Below are positions 26,400-39,258 of a stretch of 64,000 bases of DNA, in pieces. The stretch comes from Callorhinchus milii. Its lineage: Eukaryota. Under the pieces are notes generated by a model. It ran no database searches. It was not told the DNA's origin and saw nothing but the letters and a program-made list of their open reading frames with translations. Position numbers and translations under genes: made by a program. How positions within the stretch are numbered: the first letter of the stretch is position 1; every line of letters starts with the position of its first letter. Where the stretch lies: assembly GCF_018977255.1 (NCBI RefSeq), contig NW_024704743.1, positions 46,936,001-47,000,000 of the forward strand, read 5' to 3'.

Positions 26400-26510
26400 T
26401 CTTGGAACCCACCTTGGAACTCACCTTGGAACGCCTCTTGGAACTCCTCTTGGAGCCCCTCTTGGAGCCCCTCTTGGAGCCCATCTTGGAGCCCCTCTTG
26501 GAGCCCCTCT
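26400..26510 (+). repeat. 12-bp array, mostly CTTGGAGCCCCT / CTTGGAACNNNN, ~9 units
   Basis: Directly visible; same flanks as 12439-12573. Confidence 0.93.
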
Positions 26511-29500
26511 GTAAAATACTACTACCATGGCATGAAATGCTTCTTTGCTAGGCATAGGAATGGCATTTCAAATGAATTAGATTTCAAATAAGTTGAGTAT
26601 AAACCTTGGTAAGAAGAGAAATGGCATTTTACCTTCACAATCTCAACCTGTTTAAATTCAGTAACAAGATTAATGTGGATATCTATTGAAGATGAATGGA
26701 ATACCACACATCCAAGAACTGCATGGAATTCAGTTACCCAGAATATAAAGTCCAATACCCTCTGACTTAGTCAGTCTTCCATCGAATATACACCCAGGGC
26801 ACCAATGAGGGTAACATTTATTTTTACTTAGATTGTTAGTTAGGTGACTGGCAGATTGCTTTCCGGGGGTAATAATATCTTGTCCTCCAAAAATGTGGTC
26901 ACTCAACCCACAACTGTTTGCGGGATACCGCTGTGATTAATTGGCTGCCGTGTTTCGCACACAAAATACAGTCAATCCTCTTTACAATATATTCTGTGAA
27001 GCATTTTGATTCGTTTCAATGATGTGATGAGGCGTTATATCCAACGCAAGGATTATTATAAGTACAACAACAAGATTGCATTTATGGAGCGCCGTTCACG
27101 TCGGGAGGACGTCCCAAGGGATTGGACAGTTGGGTTGGGACCCGAGTAGTGGGGAATTGGTCAGGGTGAGGGAAGGGCGGGAGCGATGAGGGGGTAGAGA
27201 GTCGAGAGGGGAGGTGAAGGCAGGGTTGAAGAGAAAGGCCTTGAGACTGGCCTTGAAGGAGGAAAGGGAGGAGGCAAGGCGAATGCACTGGGGGATGGAG
27301 TTCCAGCGCCTCGGGTTTGAGAGGCTGAAAGCCCAGCCACCGATGGTAGGGCGGTTAGGGCGGGGGATGTTGAGCAGAGTGGAGCCAGAGGAACGCAGGG
27401 TACGGGCAGGTACGTGGGAGGATAAAAGGTTAGAGAGGTAGGAGGGTGCAAGGCCTTGAACGGCCTTGTAGGTGAGGATGAGTATCTTGAATTCGATCCT
27501 CTGGGGGATGGGGAGCCAGTGGAAGCGAGCGAGGGTGGGAGTGATGTGATCGCGTAGCCTGGTGCGGGACAGTACACGAGCTGTAGAGTTCTGAATGACC
27601 TACAGCTTGTGGAAGGAGGTGCCGGGAAAGCCGACAAGGAGAGAATTCCCGTAATCCAGCCTTGAGGTGATAAAGGTGTAGACCAGTGTTTCAGCAGCCT
27701 GAGCGGTGAGGTAGTGCCGTAGTCTGGCGATGTTCTGGAGGTGGTGGAAGGCAGTGCCAGCTGTGGCGCGGATGTGGGGAAGAAAAGACAGCTCAGGGTT
27801 AAACAGAACACCGAGGTTCCTGACTGGCTTTGAGAGGTGGAGAGTGCAGCCTTGGATGCTGATGCTTTCAGCGCCATAGGTGCGGAGGCGCTGATGTGAG
27901 CCAATCAGGAGGGCCTCAGTTTTGCGCACATTGTGCTGAAGAAAGTTGTCTCTCGTCCAGGACCCGATGTCAGACAGGCAGACTGTCAGGACATCGGCGG
28001 TCGTGGAGTTGAGGGTGGAAGAGGAAAGGTAGAGTTGGGTGTCATCCGCATACATGTGAAAGTTAACTCCATGTCTGCAGATGATGTCACCAAGGGGTAG
28101 CATATAGAGGGTGAAGAGGAGGGGACCGAGGACAGAGCCCTGAGGGACACCGCATGAGACAGTGCGGGGGCTGGAGGAAAAGCCGTTTGCAGTGAGTAGT
28201 AGTATTTTGGTAGTAGTAGTAGTATTAGTAGTAGTATTTTGGTGAGTTGGTTGTCTGACATACATGCAAAATCCATCACCGTGCAGAAGAGACTTCAAAC
28301 CAGTCTGAAAGTTCCATGTATGTGGCAATTCTCATGATGAAGGTCATTTGGCTCCCTCCTGAGATTTCCATTTTGAAGGTGGAAGGTTCATCTAACTCCC
28401 TCCAGACTTGGAAATACAATACAGTAGATCACAAGAAAGTTTTGGGTGAAGAAAGCTCTTTGACCCATTTGATCTGAAATGATTAAACATTGTAGCCCAG
28501 CATCGTGTTTGCCTTGTTTATTTAATAACTGAGTGGACAGTCTGCATCAAAACTTCTGCCTATTCTACTCCATGACCACTGGGCAATGGAAAAAAAACCC
28601 TGAATTGTATTATTACCTTCTTCACTATCCCTTAGCTCAACTCTTGATCAAGAGAAAAAATATTCCACTTGAAGATTCATAAATTATTCTGTTATTTGTG
28701 TCTGTGGTGCTAACATCTTTAATCCACTGCAAATTCACAAATGACGGCTGCATTTTTAGAAAGTGTGAAAATGTTGAAGTTAATCTTTCCTGATTTGATT
28801 TGAATTTAATTTTAATTGTTGCCAAGTTGCGCACACATATTTATCTACGGTTTAAAGAACTTTTAAGATCCCCTGGCACTATTCGATCAAAGAAGGAAGT
28901 TTCTCTTGGTGTGCGAGCCAACATACCCCCAAATAAAATTGGACACACACTCCATGGCTGTTAGTGGGACATCGCTGTGCACAGGCTGCTCTGTTTGTGT
29001 ACAAAATACACACAATCACATAACTTTAATGTGAAACAATTTGAGACTTGTGATCAGGTGCTATATCAAACGCCAGGATTATTGATGTCTATTATTATTA
29101 TTAATCCCAATGCATAATGTAAATAAGATTGTAGCCAGTGCACCATCAAACAGGAAAGCTGCCAAACATTTACTATTGGAGTATGCACAAGTGACCAGTG
29201 TCTTTTCTCACATACTGTTGCCTTCTTAACTACAACCTGTCTGAGCAGGCCAATCAGGAAAAGGAAATTGCATCCCTTTTTCCTGCGTCAAAAATTCCAC
29301 AGTAAACATCTTAATTGGCTCTCCTTAACGGATGAGGTAAAGGCAAGAGTTAGTTTATTCTGCAAATTCCATTAATTTATTTTGTGTTAAGATCAACACT
29401 GATTAATAGCTGACAAGTGTTTGTAGAAGCCATTTTTAAGAAAATTTGCTTTGGGTCGAGATTACCTTAGCTGCTTTACAGTCAAAGTCAGCTTATCTCA

Positions 29501-29985
29501 TCAAAACTGTTCATTGAAATTGTTGACATTGTTGACTTCCCGAACTACCTTAAAGATCTTTCTCTTCGACCATATCTACTCTACTTTCATCGATTGGGTG
29601 ATTACTATGCAAAAGTGTCTCCAAAACACTCCAAGGTACCATCTCACTTGAAGAGTATTATATAAATGCAAGTTGCGGTTGTAAATGGGTTTGAGTATGC
29701 CAGGCTGTGATTGGCTGCACCAATTCCCATTTGCTAGATGGTTCTACGGACGATGTGAATGCAACTGATCTGGCGGGAAAACAAAAGCCAAATGACATTA
29801 ATTATTTTAATACTTGTCCACCAGAATTTCAACTAATAAACTGGAAACAAGTAAATGTGGGTGGTTTATTCCAAGAGAGTTGAAAAAGGTACATCTGTCA
29901 ACTATAGACACATTGGTCTCATCTTGATCAATGGAAAATGCATTAAAGCACACTGGACAATCATCTGTATGAAAATAGTCCCACA
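26511..29985 (+). repeat. Module EFG copy 3 (L2 fragment at ~27065-28193, minus strand)
   Basis: Collinear with the other EFG copies. Confidence 0.95.
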
Positions 29986-30015
29986 AATGATCGGTCCCAA
30001 TCTTGGGCCCAATCT

Positions 30016-33000
30016 GTAAAATACTAGTACCATGGCATGAAATGCTTCTTTGCTAGGCATAGGAATGGCATTTCAAATCAATTAGATTTCAAATAAATTG
30101 AGTATAAACCTTGGTAACAAGAGAAATGGCATTTTACCTTCACAATCTCAACCTGTTTAAATTCAGTAACAAGATTAATGTGGATATCTATTGTAGATGG
30201 ATGGAATACCACACATCCAAGAACTGCATTGAATTCAGTTACCCAGAATATAAAGTCCAATTCCCTCTGACTTAGTCAATCTTCCATCGAATATACACCC
30301 AGGGCACCAATGAGGGTAAAATTTATTTTTAGTGAGATTGTTAGTTAGGTGACTGGCAGATTGCTTTCCGGGGGTAATAATATCTTGTCCTCCAAAAATG
30401 TGGTCACTCAACCCACAGCTGTTTGCGTGATACCGCTGTGATTAATTGGCTGCCGTGTTTCCCACACAAAATACAGTCAATCCTCTTTACGATATATTCT
30501 GTGAAGCATTTTGACTCGTTTCAATGATGTGATGTGGCGTTATATCCAATGCAAGGATCATTATTAGTACAACAACAAGATTGCATTTATGGAGCGCCTT
30601 TCACGTCGGGAGGACGTCCCAAGGCACTGGACAGTTGGGTCGGGACCCGAGTAGGGGGGAATTGGTCAGGGTGAGGGAAGGGAGGGAGCGATGAGGGGGT
30701 AGAGAGTCGAGAGGGGAGGTGAAGGCACGGTTGAAGAGAAAGGTCTTGAGACTGGCCTTGAAGGAGGAAAGGGAGGGGGCAAGGCGAAGGCACTGGGGGA
30801 TGGAGTTCCAGAGCCTAGGGGTTGAGAGGCTGAAAGCCCGGCCACCGATGGTAGGGCGGTTAGGGCGGGGGATGTTGAGCAGAGTGGAGCCAGAGGAACG
30901 GAGGGTACGGGCAGGTACTTGGGAGTATAAAATGTTGGAGAGGTAGGAGGGTGCAAGGCCTTGAATGGCCTTGCAGGTGAGGCTGAGGATCTTGAATTCG
31001 ATCCTCTGGGGAATGGGGAGCCAGTGGAAGCGAGCAAGGGTGGGAGTGATGTGATCGCGTAGCCTGGTGCGGGACAGTACACGAGCTGTAGAGTTCTGAA
31101 TGACCTGCAGCTTGTGGAAGGAGGTGCCAGGAAAGCCGACAAGGAGAGAATTCCCGTAATCCAGCCTTGAGGTGATAAAGGTATAGACCAGTGTTTCAGC
31201 AGCGTGAGGGGTGAGGTAGTGCCGTAGTCTGGCGATGTTCTGGAGGTGGTGGAAGGCAGTGCCAGCTGTGGCGCGGATGTGGGGAAGAAAAGACAGCTCA
31301 GGGTTAAACAGAACACCGAGGTTCCTGACTGGCTTTGAGAGGTGGAGAGTGCAGCCTTGGATGCTGATGCTTTCAGCGCCATAGGTGCGGAGGCGCTTAT
31401 GTGAGCCAATCAGGAGGGCCTCAGTTTTGCGCACATTGTGCTGAAGAAAGTTGTCTCTCGTCGAGGACCCGATGTCAGACAGGCAGACTGTCAGGACATC
31501 GGTGGTCATGGAGTTGAGGGTAGAAGAGGAAAGGTAGAGTTGGGTGTCATCCGCATTCGTGTGGAAGTTAACTCCATGTCTGCGGATGATGTCACCAACG
31601 GGGAGCATATAGAGGGTAAAGAGGAGGGGACCGAGGACAGAGCCCTGAGGACACCGCATGAGACAGTGCGGGGGCTGGAGGAAAAGCCGTTTGCAGTGAG
31701 TAGTAGTATTTTGGTAGTAGTAGTAGTATTAGTAGTAGTATTTTGGTGAGTTGGTTGTCTGACATACATGCAAAATCCATCACCGTGCAGAAGAGACTTC
31801 AAACCAGTCTGAAAGTTCCATGTATGTGGCAATTCTCATGATGAAGGTCATTTGGCTCCCTCCTGAGATTTCCATTTTGAAGGTGGAAGTTTCATCTAAC
31901 TCCCTCCAGACTTGGAAATACAATACAATAAATCACAAGAAAGTTTCAGGTGAAGAAAGCTCTTTGGCCCATTTGATCTGAAATGATTAAACATTGTAGC
32001 CCAGCATCGTGTTTGCCTTGTTTATTTAATAACTGAGTGGACAGTCTGCATCAAAACTTCTGCGTGTTCTACTCCATGACCACTGGGCAATGGAAAAAAA
32101 TCCTGAATGGTATTATTACCTTCTTCACTATCCCTTAGCTCAACTCTTGATCAAGAGAAAAAATATTCCACTTGAAGATTCATAAATTATTCTGTTATTT
32201 GTGTCTGTGGTGCTAACATCTTTAATCCACTGCAAATTCACAAATGACGGCTGCATTTTTTGAAAGTGTGAAAATGTTGAAGTTAATCTTTCCTGATTTG
32301 ATTTGAATTTAATTTTAATTGTTGCCAAGTTGCGCACACATATTTATCTACGGTTTAAAGAACTTTTAAGATCCCCTGGCACTATTCGATCAAAGCAGGA
32401 AGTTTCTCTTGGTGTGCGAGGCAACATACCCCCAAATAAAATTGGACACACACTCCATGGCTGTTAGTGGGACATCGCTGTGCACAGGCTGCTCTGTTTG
32501 TGTACAAAATACACACAATCACATAACTTTAATGTGAAACAATTTGAGACTTGTGATCAGGTGCTATATCAAATGCCAGGATTATTGATGTCTATTATTA
32601 TTATTAATCCCAAAGCATAATGTAAATAAGATTGTAGCCAGTGCACCATCAAACAGGAAAGCTGCCAAATATTTACTCTTGGAATATGCACAAGTGACCA
32701 GGGTCTTTTCTAACATACTGCTGCCTTCTTAACTACAACCTATCTGAGCAGGCCACACAGCAAAAGGAAATTGCATCCCTTTTTCCTGCGTCAAAAATTC
32801 CACAGTAAACATCTTAATTGGCTCTCATTAACGGATGAGGTAAAGGCAAGAGTTAGTTTATTCTGTAAATTCCATTAATTTACTCTTTGTTAAGATCAAC
32901 ACTGATTAATAGCTGACAAGTGTTTGTAGAAGCCATTTTGAAGAAAATTTGCTTTGGGTCGAGATTACCTTAGCTGCTTTACAGTCAAGGTCAGCTTATC

Positions 33001-33486
33001 TCATCAAAACTGTTCATTGAAATTGTTGATATTGTTGACTTCCCTAACTAACTTAAACATCTTTCTCTTCGACCATATCTACTCTACTTTCATCGGTTGG
33101 GTGATTACTATGCAAAAGTGTCTCCAAAACACTCCAAGGTACCATCTCACTTGAAGAGTATAATATAAATGCAAGTTGCGGTTGTAAATGGGTTTGAGTA
33201 TGCCAGGCTGTGATTGGCTGCACCAATTCCCATTTGCTAGATGGTTCTACGGACGATGTGAATGCAACTGATCTGGCGGGAAAACAAAAGCCAAATGACA
33301 TTAATTATTTTAATACTTGTCCACCAGAATTTCAACTAATAAACTGGAAACAAGCAAATGTGGGTGGTTTATTCCAAGAGAGTTGAAAAAGGTACATCTG
33401 TCAACTATAGACACATTGGTCGCATCTTGATAAATGGAAAATGCATTAAAGCACACTGGACAATCATCTGTATGAAAATAGTCCCA
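30016..33486 (+). repeat. Module EFG copy 4 (L2 fragment at ~30569-31697, minus strand)
   Basis: Collinear; ORF 30601..31659 is an L2 C-terminal half with YADD changed to NADD. Confidence 0.95.
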
Positions 33487-33487
33487 T

Positions 33488-35003
33488 AACAACAACAACA
33501 ACAAGATTCCATTAAAAAGCGCCTTTCACCTCAGGAGGACTTCCCAAGGCGCTGCACAGTTGGGTCATGACCCGAGCAGGGGGGAAATGATCAGTGTGAG
33601 GGGAGTGGAGGGAGCGAGGAGGGGGAAAATGGTCAGGGTGAGGGGAGGGATGGGAGGGAGCGAGAAGGGGGAAGAGAGTCGAGATGGGAGCTGAAGGCTC
33701 GGTCAAAGAGAAAGGTTTTGAGACCGGCCTTGAAGGAGGAGAGGGAGGAAGCAAGGCGAAGGCACTGGGGGATAGAGTTCCAAAGGCTCGGGGCTGAGGC
33801 GCTGAAGGCCCGACCACCAATAGTAGGGTGATTGGGGCGGGGGACGTGGAGCAGACCGGAGCCGGAGCAACGGAGGGTACGGGCAGGTAGGTAGGGGGAT
33901 AGTAGGTTGGAGAGGTAGGAGGGAGCAAGGACGTGAATGGCCTTGTAGGTGAGGATGAGGATCCTGAAATCAATCCTCTGGGGGATGGGGAGCCAGTGGA
34001 GGCGAGCGAGGGTGGGAGTGATGTGGTCCCGATCCTGGTGCGGGACAGTACACGAGCTGCAGAGATCTGAATGACCTGCAGCTTGTGGAGTGAGGTGGTG
34101 GGAAGGCCGGCGAGGAGAGAGTTCCCATAGTCCAGCCTTGAGGTGACAAAGGCGTACACCAAGGCTTCAGCAGCGTGAGGGGTGAGGCAATGGCGTAGTC
34201 TGGCGATGTTCCGGAGGTGATGGAAGGCGGTGCCAGTTGTGGTGCAGATGTGAGGGAGAAAGGACAGCTTAGGGTCGAACAAAACGCCGAGGTTCCTGAC
34301 TGGCTTTGAGAGGTGGAGAGTGCAGCCCGGGATGCTGATGGTGTCGGCGCCTGAGGTGCGGAGGCGCTGACGCGAACCAATCAGGAGGGCCTCAGTTTTT
34401 CGCACGTTGAGCTGAAGAAAGTTGTCTCTCGTCCAGGACTCGATGTCGGACAGGCAGGCTGTCAGGACATCGGTGGTCGTGGAGTTGAGAGTAGAGGAGG
34501 AAAGGTAGAGTTGGGTGTCATCCGCATACATGTGGAAGTCAACTCCATGTCTGCGGATGATGTCACCAAGGGGGAGCATATAGAGGGTGAAGAGGAGGGG
34601 ACCGAGGACAGAGCCCTGAGGGACTCCACATGAGACAGTGCGGGGGGTGGAGGAGAAGCCATTCGTCGAGACAAAGTGAAGACGGTGAGAAAGGTACGAC
34701 CTAAACCACTCAAGGACAGTGCCTTGAAGATTGAGGTGGGAGGACAAGCGGTGGAGTAGGATAGCGTGGTCGAACGTATCGAATGCTGCCGATAGGTCGA
34801 GGAGGACGAGGAGGCAGAGGGAGCCCTGGACACAGATGATCAGGATATCATTGGTGACCTTGACCAGGGCAGTTTCTGTGCTAAGGGCAGCACGGAAACC
34901 TGACTGAAGGGGTTCGAAAAGAGAATGGGTGGAAAGGAAAGAGAGCAGTTGGGAGGCGACAACTCTTTCCAGGACCTTGGAGAGAAAGGGGAGGTTGGAG
35001 ATG
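33488..35003 (-). mobile_element. 5'-truncated L2 LINE (module H, copy 2)
   Basis: ORF 33512..35101 holds an RT domain ([38 protein letters not shown]) with a frameshift near 34030; no endonuclease domain. Confidence 0.96.
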
Positions 35004-35040
35004 GCCCACAAATGATCGGTCCCAATCTTGGGCCCAATCT

Positions 35041-38000
35041 GTAAAATACTAGTACCATGGCATGAAATGCTTCTTTGCTTGGCATAGGAATGGCATTTCA
35101 AATAAATTAAATTTCAAATAAATTGAGTGTAAACCTTGGTAACAAGAGAAATGGCATTTTACCTTCACAATCTCAACCTGTTGAAATTCAGTAACAAGAT
35201 TAGTGTGGATATCTATTGTAGATGGATGGAATACCACACATCGAAGAACTGCATTGAATTAAGTTACCCAGAATATAAAGTCCAATTCCCTCTGACTTAG
35301 TCATTCTTCCATCGAATATAAACCCAGGGCACCAATGAGGGTAAAATTTATTTTTAGTGAGATTGTTAGTTAGGTGACAGGCAGATTGCTTTCCGGGGGT
35401 AAGAATAACTTGTCCTCCAAAAATGTGGTCACTCAACCAACAGCTGTTTGCGGGATACCGCTGTGATTAATTGGCTGCCGTGTTTCGCACACAAAATACA
35501 GTCAATCCACTTTACAATATATTCTGTGAAGCATTTTGACTCATTTCAATGATGTGATGATGCGTTATATCCAATGCAAGGATTATTATTATTACAACAA
35601 CAAGATTGCAATTATGGAGCTCCTTAACGACGGGAGGACGTCCCAAGGCACTGGACAGTTGGGTCGGGACCCGAGTAGGGGGGAATTGGTCAAGGTGAGG
35701 GAAGGCAGGGAGCGATGAGGGGGTAGAGAGTCGAGAGGGGAGGTGAAGGCACGGTTGAAGAGAAAGGTCTTGAGACTGGCCTTGAAGGAGGAAAGGGAGG
35801 AGGCAAGGCGAAGGCACTGGGGGATGTAGTTACAGAGCCTAGGGTTTGAGAGGCTGAAAGACCGGCCACCGATGGTAGGGCGGTTAGGGCGGGGGATGTT
35901 GAGCAGAGTGGAGCCAGAGGAACGGAGAGTACGGGCAGGTACGTGGGAGGATAATAGGTTGGAGAGTTAGGAGGGTGCAAGTCCGTGAATAGCCTTGTAG
36001 GTGAGGATAAGGATCTTGAATTCGATCCTCTGGGGAATGGGGAGCCAGTGGAAGCGAGCGAGGGTGGGAGTGATGTGATCGCGTAGCCTGGTGCGGGACA
36101 GTACACGAGCTGTAGAGTTCTGAATGACCTGCAGCTTGTGGAAGGAGGTGCCGGGAAAGCCGACAAGGAGAGAATTCCCGTAATCCAGCCTTGAGGTGAT
36201 AAAGGTGTAGACCAGTGCTTCAGCAGCGTGAGGGGTGAGTTAGTGCCGTAGTCTGGCGATGTTCTGGAGGTGGTGGAAGGCAGTGCCAGCTGTGGCGCGG
36301 ATGTGGCGAAGAAAAGACAGCTCAGGGTTAAACTGAACACCGAGGTTCCTGACCGGCTTTGAGAGGTGGAGAGTGCAGCCTTGGATGCTGATGCTTTCAT
36401 TGCCATAGGTGAGGAGGCGCTGATGTGAGCCAATCAGGAGGGCCTCAGTTTTGCGCACATTGTGCTGAAGAAAGTTTTCTCTCGTCCAGGACCCGATGTC
36501 AGACAGGCAGACTGTCAGGACATCGGTGGTCGTGGAGTTGAGGGTAGAGGAAGAAAGGTAGAGTTGGGTGTCATCCGCATACATGTGGAAGTTAACCCCA
36601 TGTCTGCGGATGATGTCACCAAGGGGGAGCATATAGAGGGTAAAGAGGAGGGGACCGAGGACAGAGCCCTGAGGGACACTGCATGAGACGGTGCGGGGGT
36701 TGGAGGAAAAGCCGTTTGCAGTGAGTAGTAGTATTTTGGTAGTAGTAGTAGTAGTATTAGTAGTAGTATTTTGGTGAGTTGGTTGTCTGACATACATGCA
36801 AAATCCATCACCGTGCAGAAGAGACTTCAAACCAGTCTGAAAGTTCCATGTATGTGGCAATTCTCATGATGAACGTCCTTTGGCTCCTTCCTGAGATTTC
36901 CATTTTGAAGGTGGAAGTTTCATCTAACTCCCTCCAGACTTGGAAATACAATACAATAAATCACAAGAAAGTTTTAGGTGAAGAAAGCTCTTTGACCCAT
37001 TTGATCTGAAATGATTAAACATTGTTGCCCAGCATCGTGTTTGCCTTGTTTATTTAATAACTGTGTGGATAGTCTGCATCAAAACTTCTGCCTATTCTCC
37101 TCCATGACCACTGGGCAATGGAAAACAATCCTGAATTGTATTATTACCTTCTTCACTATCCCTTAGCTCAACTCTTGATGAAGAGAAAAAATATTCCACT
37201 TGAAGATTCATAAATTATTCTGTTATTTATGTCTGTGGTGCTAACATCTTTAATCCACTGCAAATTCACAAATGACGGCAGCATTTTTAGAAAGTGTGAA
37301 AATGTTGAAGTTAATCTTTCCTGATTTGATTTGAATTTAATTTTAATTGTTGCCAAGTTGCGAACACATAGTTATATACGGTTTCAAGAACTTTTAAGAT
37401 CCCCTGGCACTATTCGATCAAAGAAGGAAGTTTCTCTTGGTGTGCGAGCCAACATACCCCCAAATAAAATTGATCACACACTCCATGGCTGTTAGTGGGA
37501 CATCGCTGTGCACAGGCTGCTCTGTTTGTGTACAAAATACACACCATCACATAACTTTAATGTGAAACAATTTGAGACTTGTGATCAGGTGCTATATCAA
37601 ACGCCAGGATTATTGATGTCTATTATTATTATTAATCCCAATGCATAATGTAAATAAGATTGTAGCCAGTGCACCATCAAACAGGAAAGCTGCCAAACAT
37701 TTACTATTGGAGTATGCACAAGTGACCAGGGTCTTTTCTAACATTCTGTTGCCTTCTTAACTACAACCTATCTGAGCAGGCCACACAGCAAAAGGAAATT
37801 GCATCCCTTTTTCCTGCGTCAAAAATTCCACAGTAAACATCTTAATTGGCTCTCATTAACGGATGAGGTAAAGGCAAGAGTTAGTTTATTCTGTAAATTC
37901 CATTAATTTATTCTGTGTTAAGATCAACACTGATTAATAGCTGACAAGTGTTTGTAGAAGCCATTTTTAAGAAAATTTGCTTTGGGTCGAGATTACCTTA

Positions 38001-38517
38001 GCTGCTTTACAGTCAAAGTCAGCTTATCTCATCAAAACTGTTCATTGAAATTGTTGATATTGTTGACTTCCCGAACTACCTTAAACATCTTTCTCTTCAA
38101 CCATATCTACTCTACTTTCATCGATTGGGTGATTACTATGCAAAAGTGTGTCCAAAACACTCCAAGGTACCATCTCACTTGAAGAGTATTATATAAATGC
38201 AAGTTGCGGTTGTAAATGGGTTTGAGTATGCCAGGCTGTGATTGGCTGCACCAATTCCCATTTGCTAGATGGTTCTACGGACGATGTGAATGCAACTGAT
38301 CTGGCGGGAAAACAAAAGCCAAATGACATTAATTATTTTAATACTTGTCCACCAGAATTTCAACTAATAAACTGGAAACAAGTAAATGTGGGTGGTTTAT
38401 TCCAAGAGCGTTGAAAAAGGTACATCTGTCAACTATAGACACATTGGTCTCATCTTGATCAATGGAAAATGCATTAAAGCACACTGGAAAATCATCTGTA
38501 TGAAAATAGTCCCACAA
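35041..38517 (+). repeat. Module EFG copy 5 (L2 fragment at ~35594-36722, minus strand)
   Basis: Collinear with the other EFG copies. Confidence 0.95.
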
Positions 38518-39234
38518 ATGATCGGAGGATAAACCATGTCACTGCCTTTTGTAGTTATTGGTGATCAACCTATGTTAAAGGGAGCTAACAAGGGCTGGAC
38601 TCCAATCAGACTTGAGTAGAGTTTGTGATAATTGGGCACCAGCTCTTATGGATAATTGAGTACCAGTATAAAGCTGCGGCTTGAGCATGTGAGAGGAAAG
38701 TCTGGCGAAGGTGCAGAGCTCCCTTCTTAAAGTAAACCTTTTGTTTGAGGGTGTGACCCATGCCCTCTTACAGACAGCCATGAGAGCTTGGAGTCCAGAT
38801 GATTGTATTACTTCAGATCAAACCTCTTGATATTGATATACTTCAGAGCAAACCTCTTGATATTGGGTTTGGAAGACAAAAGGCTAGTTATGTTGGTAAG
38901 TAAACAAACATATTATTTCCTTCCATTCAAATAATAGTCCCTTCCTGGATTGTTTTTTGCCCATGTGAAGTAGCTTACATTTTTCCATGTTGTCTCATGA
39001 TATTCCTTGTAAAACCATGCTCTGGGTCAAATTTAGTGGTCTTCTTTCCTGGGTCACTTTTGTTGCCTTACTTACAAATAGGAGTAACATCTGCTTTTCT
39101 CCAGTCCCCTGGTACGCTCTGGTAGTGCTGGTAGTGATATGAATAGTAGGATGGGCAAATTTCCTCTGTGGCATCATTGAGTTCTCTTTCCAGATCAGAT
39201 GGGTTACCTGTCTGCTCCTCTGTAAAAACTGAAA
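38518..39234 (-). repeat. Module I copy 2
   Basis: Collinear with 21071-21760. Confidence 0.8.
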
Positions 39235-39258
39235 CTTGGAATCTATCTTGGAACCTAT

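Noticed and set aside
33512..35101. 529-aa ORF as an active reverse transcriptase gene
   Set aside because: It is a 5'-truncated L2 without endonuclease; the N-terminus is read-through from module E and the seed, and the C-terminus is frameshifted.
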